Below, piece by piece: positions 27,565 through 39,911 of a stretch of 64,000 bases of DNA; position 1 is the first letter of the stretch, and each line of letters starts with the position of its first letter. The stretch is from the NCBI GenBank assembly GCA_051294375.1, contig CM119271.1, forward strand, positions 9,281,609-9,345,608. The letters are read 5' to 3'. The stretch comes from Paraspadella gotoi. Lineage: Eukaryota; Animalia; Chaetognatha. A program made the translations under genes and the position numbers. The notes under the pieces were generated by a model. That model searched no databases. It saw nothing but the letters and a program-made list of their open reading frames with translations, and was not told where the DNA came from.

Positions 27565-28714
27565 AGGGGGACGAAGAAGGAGAAAGGATGGAGAGAGAGA
27601 AAGAAAAAGAGAGAGAGGAGAAAAGAGAGAGAGAGAGGAGAGAAGAAGAAAGAGGAATAAAATCCACGAAAATCTCGGATGAAAATATGGGATTTTGTAT
27701 GAAAAAAAAAGGGCGCGGAATAAATGGGCAATAATAAGAAAGGTTTTTAGAAGGAAAAAATAATCAGGAATTTTTTTCAAAAAAAAACAAACGATCACGC
27801 CAAAAAATCGGGACATATAGGGACAGACACACACAGAGAGACAGAGATGACAGAGAAGAGAGAGAGAAAAAGAGCAGGAAGAGAGAGAACAAGCCGCTGC
27901 AGAGGGGGAAAAAGGAGAAAGAGAAAGAGCCGAATATAATTAATTAAAAGAGAGAGAGAGAGAGAAGCTCTACAGCCCTTTACTCGTTAAAGAATCAGCA
28001 AACGAGTACTTATGGCGCGCACGTAGCGTGAGCTATTCTCTACCCAAAGGACCCGGCGTCGCGCCCTGTGTCGCGGCATCGTTTTTTACATTATGAAACC
28101 CACATTTATATCTAAAAATTTTTTAAAAAAAAAAAGAGAGAGAGAGAGAAAGAGAAAGAAGCTGGAAAAGACGCCTGCAGAGCCGGAACTTCTTTTTTAA
28201 GAAGCTAGTGGACGGAAAAGAAAAAGAATGAGAAGAGAGCGACATATAATTTAATAACGTTTTGTTTTGTAAATAAAACATAAACAAATACCAATATTGA
28301 TATGAAAACATGAGAATTTTTTAAAGATCTTTTTGATTTGATTAGAAGCCATATATGAAATTCAACTCCCTATGATTATCCACCACTTTCATTAAGCCAT
28401 GATTTGCAAAAAATGCGAGACCGAAAGCTAAACCAAAAAAATAAAAAATCTAGACAGGACGCGGCTTTGCCCGCCTGGCTCGATAATAGAGATATTTGTT
28501 TGTTTGATTAAAATGTAAACAAAAACATTTCAATAACTGTCCTGACTCAATTAAGGACATCGATGATGACAAGGCTGAATATAAATATATAATTAATCTA
28601 TTAATTAATTAATTAATCTATTAATTAATTAATTAATCTATTAATAATTAATTAATTCAATTAATTAATTAATTATCGTAGGGCAGATCCGACATTGTTT
28701 GCTCAAAACTTGTT
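25456..28714 (+). mobile_element. Helentron/HINE (DINE-1/pearl-like) non-autonomous element with internal tandem repeats
   Basis: 5' hairpin tagtcggatctgc..gcgatcccgact followed by actctataa, a (CCGT)n microsatellite at ~25620-25665 and about five degenerate ~170-190-bp repeats at 25690-26600. 3' subterminal inverted repeat gcagatccgac at 28683-28693 and a cttgtt end. Inserted in a T-run with no TSD. Confidence 0.6.
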
Positions 28715-29780
28715 TATTTGAAACTGGGAACAGAGGAACAACGAACGTTTTTGTTCGCTTGTTTTTTTTATTAACTTGCAAAACTAATGGAAGTGAAAAA
28801 TTAAAAACGTTGTTCGCTTGTTTTTTCGTTGTTGAAACTGCGGAACCACGCAGATTTGTGTTCGCTTGTTTTTTTAAAACTGCGAGAAATTTTAGGAAAT
28901 ATTTCTTAATCAAAGTATAATAAAAAAAGCAACAAACTTTGTTCATTTGTTCTAACAAAATTTTTTTTTTTCATTTTTGTTTATTGCATATAAAAACTCC
29001 CGAACAAAGCGAACAAAAGGATCAAAGACTCAAAGAGGGAATTGAATTCGAATAAACTTTGGTTTTTTCGTAATAAATCACGAAAAGAAGGAAGAAAAAA
29101 TAGAAAACACTTTTCAGCAGTAACAAAATGGAGGCCCCTCCTCTCTCTCTCTCTCTCTCTCCTCTTTCTCTCCTCTCTCTCTCTCTCTCTTCTCTCTTCT
29201 CTCTCTCTCTCTCTCTCCTCTCTCTTCTCTCTCTTCTCCTTTCTCTCTCTCTCTCTCGTCTCTCTCTCTCTTCTCTCTCTCATTCCTCTCTCTCCGACAA
29301 CGACAGTAATGCTTAAGAAAATTATGGAGCTACCAGTGTAAATACCGCATATATAAAACATTGCCTTAAAGGCGAAAAAAGAAGAGATCGAAGAGAGAGA
29401 GTAAGAGCATTAAAAACAAAACACCAGTTATGATGGAGGTTTTTTGTTGTCGTGTTGTGTTCTGCCTCAGGATGGAGGTAAGTGAGAATTGGTGGCGGTC
29501 CGCCGGTAGTAAAGAAGAAAAGCTTTTCCTCTTGTTCAACTTTTTAGTTCATTTTTTATCTTCTGCATATTTAACACCAAAACGTATCTTCCTGTTTTCC
29601 AAGAATTCTTCCTTGAAGTTAACTTTATTACTGATTAATTTATTTATAATTTTATTTTTAGCGGTTTGTTAAAAACAACAAACAACAACCACAACAACAA
29701 CTTGTATTTTAAAAAAAAATTAATTTATTTATTTTAACTTTTTAATTATTATATTTATTTATTCATTTATTATTATTATC

Positions 29781-29811
<31 letters not shown>

Positions 29812-29856
29812 ATTCTCTCTCTCTCTCACTTCGCTCCTAGTCTTACATATCTTTCT

Positions 29857-32580
29857 GCGATGAAATCTATAAGGAAAAACCACTATTAAATTAAAAAAAA
29901 TAGGAACAATTCTCCAAATACGATAAAAAACAACTGAGAAAAGAAAAACCAAAAAATTAAAAAAGCTATAATAGAATGAAAGAGACATGAATTGAGCAAA
30001 CTAATTTTAAAAAAAAAAAATTTGAAACTTGTCCAAGAAAAAAATAAGAAACCAAAATATTAAACGAAAAAAAAAATTAAAACTTACAAAAAATTTAAAT
30101 CAATTATAAGTGACTCAACCCTGCTGGTTTATTTTGGAAAAGGAAAACAGAAGCATTACAACAGATCACATTTTAAGAATGTCTCATAACAAAAAACAAT
30201 AATGGAGAAAGATGTATACCAGCCTAAGAAAACATGGAAAAATGTATAGCATCCTATACGAAAACATATATAAAAGATGTAACGTGGAGATTTCACCCAT
30301 TCACGAGAAAGTTGAAATTAAATTTCATTAAATATGATAAAAAACCGAGAATTTGAATAGTTTAGAATTTAATAAACCACCGACACCAAAGCGACAAATA
30401 TCTGCATATTATAGAAAAGAAAAGAATGGGAAAAACAACCACGGGATTGTAAAAATGAAATGGCTTTAAAAAATACAAACACAAGAGAAATGACAAAAAT
30501 TATTTATCAACTACTTTTCAACCAATCTGGGAGAAGAAAAAATACCCAAAGCTGGAATGAAGCATTAATTTTACCAGCGTATGCGAAAGGTTAAGGGCGA
30601 TAAAGAAAACTGATAAACCACCGTTCCAATTACAGTTTATCATCCATCGAGTACAATTCTAGAGAAATTCTTTGATTCAAAAAATACAACAAATTGTCCC
30701 ATTTACCAAGCCACAAGGTGGAGGAAACAAAAGGCATGCTCAACTTTACATCATGTTTTTAGTTATCAGATCCTTAATTTTCAATTATTGCAGCAAACAA
30801 AAGAGAAATAGTGTTTCTTAACTTTCTATGACGTGACAAAAAGCATTTGATCATGCCGACCACTGAAGACAATGTTAGTAATTAATGTGGGAAAAAGCGT
30901 TTAAGAGGAAAAATATGGCGAATTCTGAAATTATTAAATGAAAATCTTGTGCCAGAAATAAAAAACACGGTACGGGCTAACACGTTCAAATTAAAAATGG
31001 AAATTGGATGGAAAACAGGCGCTCTCGCCTTACAGGTAGATTATTTTCCAAGCCAGCATGGATAACAATTGCCCAGAAAAATGAGTGATGCTTTCTGAAT
31101 CCATTAAAGTCACCAACAAATTTGCAAATTGGGCCTCTACTCTGGGTTGACGATGTTGTCACTTGTGTAGAAGGCGTCAAAAACCAAGAAAAATTCCTCT
31201 TGAAGAAAAAAATTAGACGATTGGCGTGCTAGAACAAACTAGAATGGGTCAAAGCAAGACAATGGTAATTCAAATTGGGAAAATAGGTGGACAAACGAGG
31301 AAAACATGGAAACTTGGAAATATAAAAATTGAAAATTTGCCACTTCATATAAGTACCTAGGAGATATTATTAAGTAAAGATGCGTAAAAATAAGAAAACT
31401 TAGAAAACTGAAAGAAAAAAATTACAAATGAACAATTCGGAAAAATTAACAACCAATGTCCTCAAATGAAGTTATTGAAAACAAATAGAGACATCTGTTC
31501 TTATCGAACAAAATAATTCATTGAAATATTAATGTACTGGCTTTGCTTACAAAAAAACTCTGAAACATGGACAGCTGAACAAAAAAGAACAGAAAGATCC
31601 TAGAACAAATAGAAATAAATGCAATCAAAACAAATTATTTTTCACTCCCTTTCAATACCAAACACCAGCGATACATTTACAGCTTCCGGTCTTTTGTACA
31701 CAACTTGCCGAGTTCATCTCAAACAACTTGCTTTATCTCCATAAAATCTTAAACCAAAATCAAACACATTGGACCTTTACAACTTTTTAATCTGTTAGAT
31801 TGAAGTGACACTTGGATGCGACCAAAAATATAAAAAGAAAAACTAGTAAATATAAATTAACCACTGATTTCAACTCAATTAAAATAAATCAAAAAATCAA
31901 TGGAAATCGAAGTCAAAAAAGAAATAGAAAAAAATTAATAAACAAAAATTACTAGACGACTGACCATAAAAATAGAAAATGGAGAAAAAATAGTAAAGTC
32001 TAAAACTAAATCAATCATAGAAACCTCAACAAATGGGAACATACAAAAGAGCAACCATGCAAGGAACTACTAAAATCACTAAAACAAACACCAGATCTCT
32101 TTTGATAGCGAGATACGGGATCTAGAGTGTGGAAAAACTTCAAAGATCTTTAAAAGAACATCTGTGAACAATTGTAACACTTTCGATGATGAAGAACACC
32201 GTCGTAAATTATTCGCGTTAAAAATGCGAAAAACATAAACTTTCTAGAAGACGACAATAAAAATCGATATTCAGAGAAATTTATTCTAAAGATACTTCAA
32301 AAACTATTGAAAATAATTTTGTAACATTGAAATGTCATGGAATGTAAAAAATGGAAGGTTCCTTCATAACTTAAGATGATCTGTATATAAAATTTTCTTT
32401 TTAATTTACCATTTCCTCGTTTTATTTATTTCTAATGAATTTTTAATTGTTATTTATATTTTTAAATAATTGTATTGTTACATAATATCCATGTACGGCT
32501 CTCTTACGATCCTGTGATTGTAAATGCTGTGTTTATTAACATTATGAAGCAGGAATAAATCAAATCAAAAAAATCAATCT
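29857..32580 (+). mobile_element. 5'-truncated non-LTR retrotransposon (LINE, RT ORF2; clade not determined), frameshifted
   Basis: RT motifs readable across frameshifts: KGDKEN..NHR..ITV (~30595), FYDVTK/AFDH (~30825), GPLLWVDDVV (~31131), YKYLGDI (~31347), and a C-terminal C..C..DDEEH-like motif (~32163). AATAAA plus (AATC/AAATC) tail at 32554-32580. Flanked by a ~33-bp direct repeat (ctctcacttcgtcctagtctta.atatctttct) at ~29823-29856 and 32581-32614. Confidence 0.88.
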
Positions 32581-32764
32581 CTCTCACTTCGTCCTAGTCT
32601 TAAGATATCTTTCTAATTTTTCTGCATTTCCCATCTTTCATTTTCTTTCCTCTCCCTTCTCCTTCTCTTTCCTTTCCTTACCCTTTTCTTTCTTCCTTCC
32701 TTCCTCTTTTCATTTCTCTTTTCCTTTCTCCTTCTTTTTNNNNNNNNNNNNNNNNNNNNNNNNN

Positions 32765-32890
32765 TCTCCTTTCCTTTCTCCTTTCCTTTCTCCTTTCCTT
32801 TCTCTTTTCCTTTCTCCTTTCCTTTATCCTTTCCTTTCTCTTTTCCTTTCTCCTTTCCTTTCTCCTTTCCTTTCTCCTTTCCTTTCCTTC
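32765..32890. repeat. 12-bp (TTTCCTTTCTCC)n array
   Basis: Seen directly. Confidence 0.9.
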
Positions 32891-33917
32891 TCCCCACTTT
32901 CCTTTTTTTTTCAACTAATCGAAGAAGGAAACGAAGATTTAACCAAAAGACGCGACCTTCGAGCGATAAATCCGTCGGAGGATCGCGGAGACGGTGACGA
33001 TGAGAGAAGAGGGAGGAAAGGAGAGAAGGAGGGAGGAGAAGAAAGAGGAGGGATGAAAGGAGAAGAGGAAGGAGGAAGTTAGAAGTGAGGGAGAGAGAAG
33101 AAAAAGGACGGAAATGGAAAATAAAGGAGGAAGAAGAAAGAAAGGAAGGGGGAAAACCTAAGAAGGAAAGGAAAGAAAAAAGAAAAAGAAGTAAATAGAA
33201 ATGATAAAAAAAGAAAAAAAGATGGAATACAGACTAAGGACGAAGTCATTATCAAAACCGCCCGAGTTATCATCTCATCCTCCTCTATTTCCTTCCTTCT
33301 TCTTCCTCTTCCTCCTCCTCCTCCTCCTCCTCCTCGGATTGAGCGACGAAAGGCGACAGTCGACAGATCGAGGAACGAGTTTCGGGTCAGGATTCGAGAA
33401 AACGGGTCGGGGTGGAAAATGAGGAAAAAAGGGGTCGGGGCTGGCGGAAATAGCGAAAAAGGGCGGGTGTGGTGGGAAATGAGGAAATAGGGTCGGGTTT
33501 GGGAAATGAGGAAATAGAGTCGGGGTTGGGAAAATGAGTTAAAAGAGTTCCGTGGTGGGAAATGAGGAAAAAGCGGTCGGGCGTAGTGAGGAAAAAATCA
33601 GTGTCACCGAAGCGGTGACGGGTAGGTCGTGAGGTGAGTAAAAAATAATAAGTGTTAATGGGGCAGGGTTGGGTGAGGGGAGAGAAGAAAGATAGAAAAG
33701 GGTAAGTGAAAGGAAAATGGGTAAGGGAAGAGAAAAGCGTTTTCGGTGCAAAGAAGGGAAAGCGTTGTGGAGTTAAACTTGGTTATTTTGAGCGAGGATG
33801 ACGAAAATGACGACGACGACGACGACGACAAACAACGCAAGCAGAAAGTCTCTCCCTTTTTTTTTTATGGTCAGACAAAGTGCAAAAAGCACTTCTCTCT
33901 CCAAAATGTCACATACT

Positions 33918-33967
<50 letters not shown>

Positions 33968-34412
33968 GTTTTCCGTTGTTGGCAACAACCTCCAACTCTA
34001 TCTCTGTCTCTTTCTCTCCAATCTCGTTTTTCACTTTGGTTTCGTCAAAATTAAAAAACTGAAGACGCCAACAGACGATTTATGTTCGATGATAAATTAT
34101 TCACGATCATAACTTTTTTTTCAGTAATGATAACCGATAAAAAGAAAATATTCACGTTCAAAATGCTAAATTCACTCAAATATTTTGAGCGTGATCCTAC
34201 AATCGGTCATTTTGATCACTCGCGTTTCCAGTTTTAAATAAAAATTTAAAATGTCGGCCAAGTTTAAGAATATCATCCAATTTTTTTCGCTATTTCTTCA
34301 ACTTTATTTAACTATGTTTCAATCATACTATAACTATGCGATATTCCTCTACACTAGCCGACCTACGATGTTTAAAGAAAAATTATAATAAAAAAAATAT
34401 CATTATTATGCT

Positions 34413-34425
34413 TTTATTTTTTATT
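34413..34425 (-). terminator. tandem AATAAA polyadenylation signals for the knottin gene
   Basis: Two AATAAA on the minus strand ~150 nt downstream of the TGA. The background is AT-rich, so specificity is limited. Confidence 0.4.
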
Positions 34426-34573
34426 GCGTTTCGTTTTTATCACTATGCATAAACAAAACTTCATAAAGTCTTCGTTAAGACGAATTGAAAGAAAGCGGCC
34501 CCGGTACTTTCCCATCAGCGCCGGCCCATGCCCATTGCTCAATTCCCCATGCCCAATGCCCAATGCCCAATGC

Positions 34574-34795
34574 TCATCTTCCAAGTTCCCCTTTTATTAT
34601 CGGCTTTCCGCCTTTCCCGATCGCCGTTGGCAGGATACAAATCCCATTGATCAAATCGTCGTGCGGATTCGAATAACACTTGAGACCAGGGCAACACACG
34701 ACGCCGGCGTTGGGGCTGCACGATACATTTTCGGGCAAGCAGACGGGCAGCAAACCGGCTCTGGCTTTGTCGGCGGCCCTCTTGTTTCTCACCAT
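34574..34795 (-). CDS. nested knottin-like prepropeptide, exon 2 (propeptide and ICK mature peptide)
   Basis: Polypyrimidine acceptor ccttttctcgtccaccag| after a 77-bp intron. MVRNKRAADKARAGLLPVCLPENVSCSPNAGVVCCPGLKCYSNPHDDLINGICILPTAIGKGGKPIIKGELGR*. Six Cys in C-C-CC-C-C spacing. Confidence 0.8.
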   Translation of the reverse strand: MVRNKRAADKARAGLLPVCLPENVSCSPNAGVVCCPGLKCYSNPHDDLINGICILPTAIGKGGKPIIKGELGR

Positions 34796-34872
34796 CTGGT
34801 GGACGAGAAAAGGACGACGCGAAAATAAAGAACGATTCTGGGTTAATCTCGAACTCACCGAGTTGAACTTAC

Positions 34873-34938
34873 CCTTTTTCCCAGTCTCCTCCCGTCGATC
34901 AAGACAACGGCAAGGATCGCCAACAAAAAAATCTTCAT
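34873..34938 (-). CDS. nested knottin-like prepropeptide, exon 1 (signal peptide and start of propeptide)
   Basis: aacATG start. Translates MKIFLLAILAVVLIDGRRLGKR (basic N-terminus, hydrophobic core, small-residue cleavage site). Consensus donor AGG|gtaagt, phase 0. Confidence 0.75.
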
Positions 34939-35470
34939 GTTAAACAGTTTGTGCAAATTTCAAGATAAAAAAAAAAATTTTTTAAAAGAGAAAAAACTTT
35001 TCTTTTGCTGGGATCCGGATATTGTGTTTGTAAAGCCTAAACGATGAATTTACGAATGGTGAACAAGCGGAGAAATCCGGATGTTTGTTTATTTTTTTTT
35101 TGAATGCAATTGCGGCTGGGTGCTGCTTTGAAACGCCCGATAGGCGTTGACCACGAGTTCGAAAATTTTTGGGCCAATATTTAAAGATTCTTTATTAGTA
35201 ATATTATATATTCTATATTAGTAATCATCGTCAATATTAAAACTTTAAGAAAAATCTTGATTTATTTTAAAAGTCGATTGACAAAATTAGCAAAGAACGA
35301 GTTTAACATTATGATTGCTGTAGCTTGTATTTAACTAAGCTGGTGATTGGTGAAGGAGCTGCTCCTTTGCGTTTGTTTAAGACGTTGGAAATGTCAAAGA
35401 TGTAGTCGGGCATTGCCTAGGTTCACCCAGCCTATAAGCATGACACCTTCACTGAAGGTCCTTCAGTCCC

Positions 35471-35718
35471 GACCCGGTGGCTCATTGAGTAAAGAAATTA
35501 GCTCATGACCACTAGGTACCGGGTTCAATCCTAACCCGGTACCTACCCTGCGGGAAGCGTGAGGACGGCCGTAAGCCGCCTTGGGGGCATGGCAAACCCT
35601 CAAGCCTATTTCCAAGCCCAGGGACCCGTTTCATGGCTGCTAGAGGGGGTTATAGAAGTTACGGAGAGTCAGCCCACGTAGCGCCTTATCCACAAAGACA
35701 AGGTCAAAGACAAGGTCG
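35471..35718 (+). mobile_element. tRNA-derived SINE candidate
   Basis: Box A-like TGGCTCATTGA (35478) and box B GGTTCAATCC (35522) at tRNA-like spacing, GC-rich body, short tandem tail (caaagacaaggt)x2. No clean cloverleaf. Confidence 0.55.
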
Positions 35719-36419
35719 ATAACTGTATCGTCGAAATTTTTGTAAGCAAACAAGGACATTAGTTTTTCCTTTAAATTATAAATGAAGAGAAGTTAAATTT
35801 TGTCTCCGATTCGTTGACACAGATAACTGAATCTTTTCATCGACTTGAATCTGTGAATGTGAATCTCATCGAATGAATTAAAGTCCTTTTCTGAGACAGA
35901 GATGACGTCCTTGGAATTTGATGGAACCGGTCGTCAAACCGCTTATTTGGGGGATGTGAGGGAGGGCACGGTAATGGAAGGTGAAGCGATGAGTCGCAGT
36001 TGTGAACGGATGCTCGGAGTCGCAGCTCGAAAACGGAAGGGAGTCACTTCGGCGGAATCACTGACGAATGCCAGTGAAATGAACGAAGTTTAATACTCAC
36101 AGCGTATGTAAAAATTCTCACTGAGAAATTAAAAAAAAAAAGTAAAGCGAAGGAATAAAAGTTTATTGTGATGATAAAAATAAACCCGAGAAAACATAAG
36201 AACAAAGAAAACGAAAGAGAGAGAGAGAGAGTCGGCGATTTTAATCTTCCTTTGATCCGACGCGCGAAGAGAAACGAGAAACAAACAGCGGGAAGATGGC
36301 GCTGTCATCATCTACGACAACGACGACAACGACAACGACAAAAACAGAAAGATGACGATACAACAGCCCTCACTAACAACAACCGCCGCGATTAGTGCGT
36401 CGCGTGAGAGAGAAAGAGA

Positions 36420-36450
<31 letters not shown>

Positions 36451-37561
36451 CAGAGAGAAGAGAGAGAGGAGAGAAGAGAGAGAGAGAGAGAGATAATTGC
36501 GGGCATAGTGCCAAGGATAAAGCGATGAAATCAGCGGGATCAATAAGGACGCATTAACACCTTAACAACCATTAATTTCTACTGCGACTCGACGATTTTT
36601 CCATTTTTTCCGAATTTATAGTCGGGCTGCGGCGCCACAAGGAGCCGCGCCGCTGCACGCCGCTGCGGGAGCCGACGCTCTATTCCGATTATTTCTTTTT
36701 TTTTTTTCTTATTCCACCCCGCCTCCGCCCGGCTTTTCTTTTAAATTCCGCCTTACCATGAATCCCTTACCCCGACCGACATTCGTCCCTCCCTCGCGAT
36801 TAAAACCGCCGCCGCTGCCGGCCGCCGCACTCCCGCCGGGAATCCGTAACTCACCCGCGAGGAGTAAGTCGGGTCTCCCGTCGGAAGGAGGTGGAGTCAT
36901 CACCGAGAGGCGGGTAGTATTTCGGGAGTAATCACCGGGAGTAAAGCGACACTTTTCACGAGTTTTCCCGTTGATGAGGGGAAGAATTTTTTTTGCAAGA
37001 GAAAGAGTAATAAGGACTGAAGAAAGAGTCAGGAAAAAAAAGGGATGGATGGATGGATAATGGACGGACCTGATGGCAAGAGATAAGTTGTTGTAGAATA
37101 TAGATTATGAAATATAGATAGATGGGACAGAATATGAATATAATCCCTATTGCAAAAATAAAGCGAAAAAGAGAAAAGGAAATAAAAAAATGAGAGAAAG
37201 AAAGAAAAAACGAGGAAAGAAAATGAGAAAAAAGAAAAAAAAACGAACTATGTAAAGATAAACGTTAATTGTTGAAACTAAAATATAACGAATGAATTAA
37301 TGATTGAAATATAGGTTTTCCTAATTTATAGGAAAACCTAAATAGTGGAGAATGAATGGTTAAATATAATCAGAAATATAATGAATGAAGTAAAGAGGGC
37401 GCTGCTCCGAGATCGACTCCCGCAGGCTCCCACTATCCGGTGAAAAAAGCCGAACCGGCGCCAAATCTCGAGATCGATCGGGCGCTCAACGCGAACGACA
37501 CCAAGGCGCTCTCTTCTCTCTCTCTCTCTCACTCTCTCACCTCTCTCCATCCTCTTCTCAT

Positions 37562-37601
<40 letters not shown>

Positions 37602-37716
37602 CTCTCTCTTCTCTCTCTCTCTCTCTCTCTCGTTTGCCAGACCGACTACCACTTGAGTCTTTTGGTCGACCGTGTTTCCTTAGGCCGGCCTTTGTCAGAA
37701 AATAGAGGGTCTCTCT

Positions 37717-37788
<72 letters not shown>

Positions 37789-37911
37789 CTCTCTCTCTCT
37801 CCTCTCTTCCCACCCTTCTCGTGTGAACCTCGAAGGGTATTAAACGGTTCTTCCCGGGATTCGACAAGGATTTTTTCGCGTCATTTTCGAAGTTAGAGAG
37901 AGAGAGAAGAG

Positions 37912-37967
<56 letters not shown>

Positions 37968-38071
37968 GTTGATAAAAATTCACCTCTCGCATGTAAGTGA
38001 TAAATCTCATAACTACGCTACTTACCGAAAGAAAATTTTTTCCCTCTTGTCCCGTCGACCCGAGAGAGAGA

Positions 38072-38132
<61 letters not shown>

Positions 38133-39387
38133 GTCTCGGGGTCGTGCATTTGAAAAACGAGGCGAAAATGCGGTTGAGAAAAACGCGACTCGAGAGAAAG
38201 AAAGAAAATTCGAGTTGAGGCCAAAAAATCGCCGCTCGTCATCGTCGTCGTCGTCATCGTCGTCGTCGTTATCGTCAAACCCTCGTCATCGTTGTCGTTG
38301 TCAAACATTGTCGTCATCATCAAACGTCGTCGTCGTCGTCGTCGTCATCGTTATCATCATTGTCACCAGTTATTGGGACGTCGTCATCGTTATCAGCGAA
38401 CGTTATTCTACGTATTTAATGTTTGTCATAATCTATCAATCAATCAATCACTCAATCAACGACGTCAACCTTCATGACATTGTCTCTGTCATCGTCTTCA
38501 TCATCTTCGTCTTCGAAAATCTCGATCGTCACCAAAGATCGTCATTGTCTTCGTCGTCCCCGAGGTCGTTGTCATCGTCGTCATCAATATCATTTTGTCA
38601 TCGTCATTGTTAATGAAGTTGGAATGTCGTCGTTTCCACACTTCTCATTTTTAAATGTCGGATCTTTTTTTGATTTCGCCTTAGTCTTCCCTCTCCTTCA
38701 TTGCTTCAACCACCATAAACTTTACAAGGTCAATGTCATTCCATCGTATTTCTTTCGAATCTTATTTAATCGTTGTCATTATTATTTCATCGTCGTCGTC
38801 GTCGTCGTCGTCGTCATCTTCATTCCCCCCCCCACATTCACGCGCCACCATCACGGAAAAAAAAGATGATAAATTCGTTGAGCCGTTTTCACGTTTTCAA
38901 GTTTTCACGTTTTTCTCGGAGAAAGACCAAGTTGAGACTTATGAGGAAAACCGAGTTATGAGAGGAAGAAATGGGGGGCGGGAGGTGGTGTGACTAAGGG
39001 GGGGGGGAAGGGGGGAGGATGGAGGGGCATAATTGGGGGTTTGGGGGTGTCCCGTGAAAGAGGAGGCGCTAAGAAAGGGTGGCGGCCCGGGGGGGCGGGT
39101 TAAAAAAAGGAGGTTGAAGCGGACGTGAACGGAAAGTTAAATATCACTCGGGTTTAGTTAATGGAACCGTTTGGTGAACTTTTCTTCGAACCTCGAGTTA
39201 CATTTAAAAATAATTAGCCATTGCGAAAAAGAAAAAAAAAAGAAGAGGCTGTAATATTCTCTAAAAAGTATTTTGTAAATTAGTGTAGGAATCCCGGGAA
39301 AGAATTTTTTTTAATCCGAAAATGAACCGCCATCTTCGGTCGAAATTGAAAAGACGAAAACAACAAAAGGGCAACGACAGAAAATGA

Positions 39388-39420
<33 letters not shown>

Positions 39421-39880
39421 TGTCTCGCGCTTCATCTGTTATCATCAATCAGCTCTTTGTACTTTAATTCTCTACCATGTCTTATTTTTTTTGCTGACAT
39501 CTTCATTTTGAAACCTTACTACCAGTTTGTACTATAACATAATAGTACATCTTTAAGTTAATCCGCCCACATTCTTTTTAAAACTCCTTTCTGTCCTCAG
39601 GAAACCTTATTTTTTTTCTCCTTTTCGCGGTGACAGACGTGAAAAAAAAGGGAGAGAGAGAGAAGACGAGCGAAAAAAAGTCTTTCACGTCACGTGATCG
39701 GAAACGAAAAGTCAGGTGATCAGAAAGAAAAAAAAGAGCAGCGCATCAAAAAGACGCCGAGATTCCTGTTTCACACTCGAGGGCGCAATAGACGTCAGCG
39801 GCAGAATATATGGTGTGTGTGTGTGAGAGAGAGAGAGAGAAGAGAGAGGAGGAGAGAGAGAGAGAGGAGAGAGAGAGAGA

Positions 39881-39911
<31 letters not shown>

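Larger units (their letters stand above)
23830..32700 (+). repeat. ungapped noisy duplicate of the gapped block 20765-23430
   Basis: Collinear matches: 20765-20963/23833-24050, 21073-21363/24058-24340, 21697-21988/24745-25030, 22755-23145/29320-29720 and 23333-23410/32587-32665. Confidence 0.85.

Noticed and set aside
35471-35545. Possible tRNA gene
   Set aside because: A and B boxes are present, but there is no acceptor stem or poly-T terminator. It is better explained as a SINE head.
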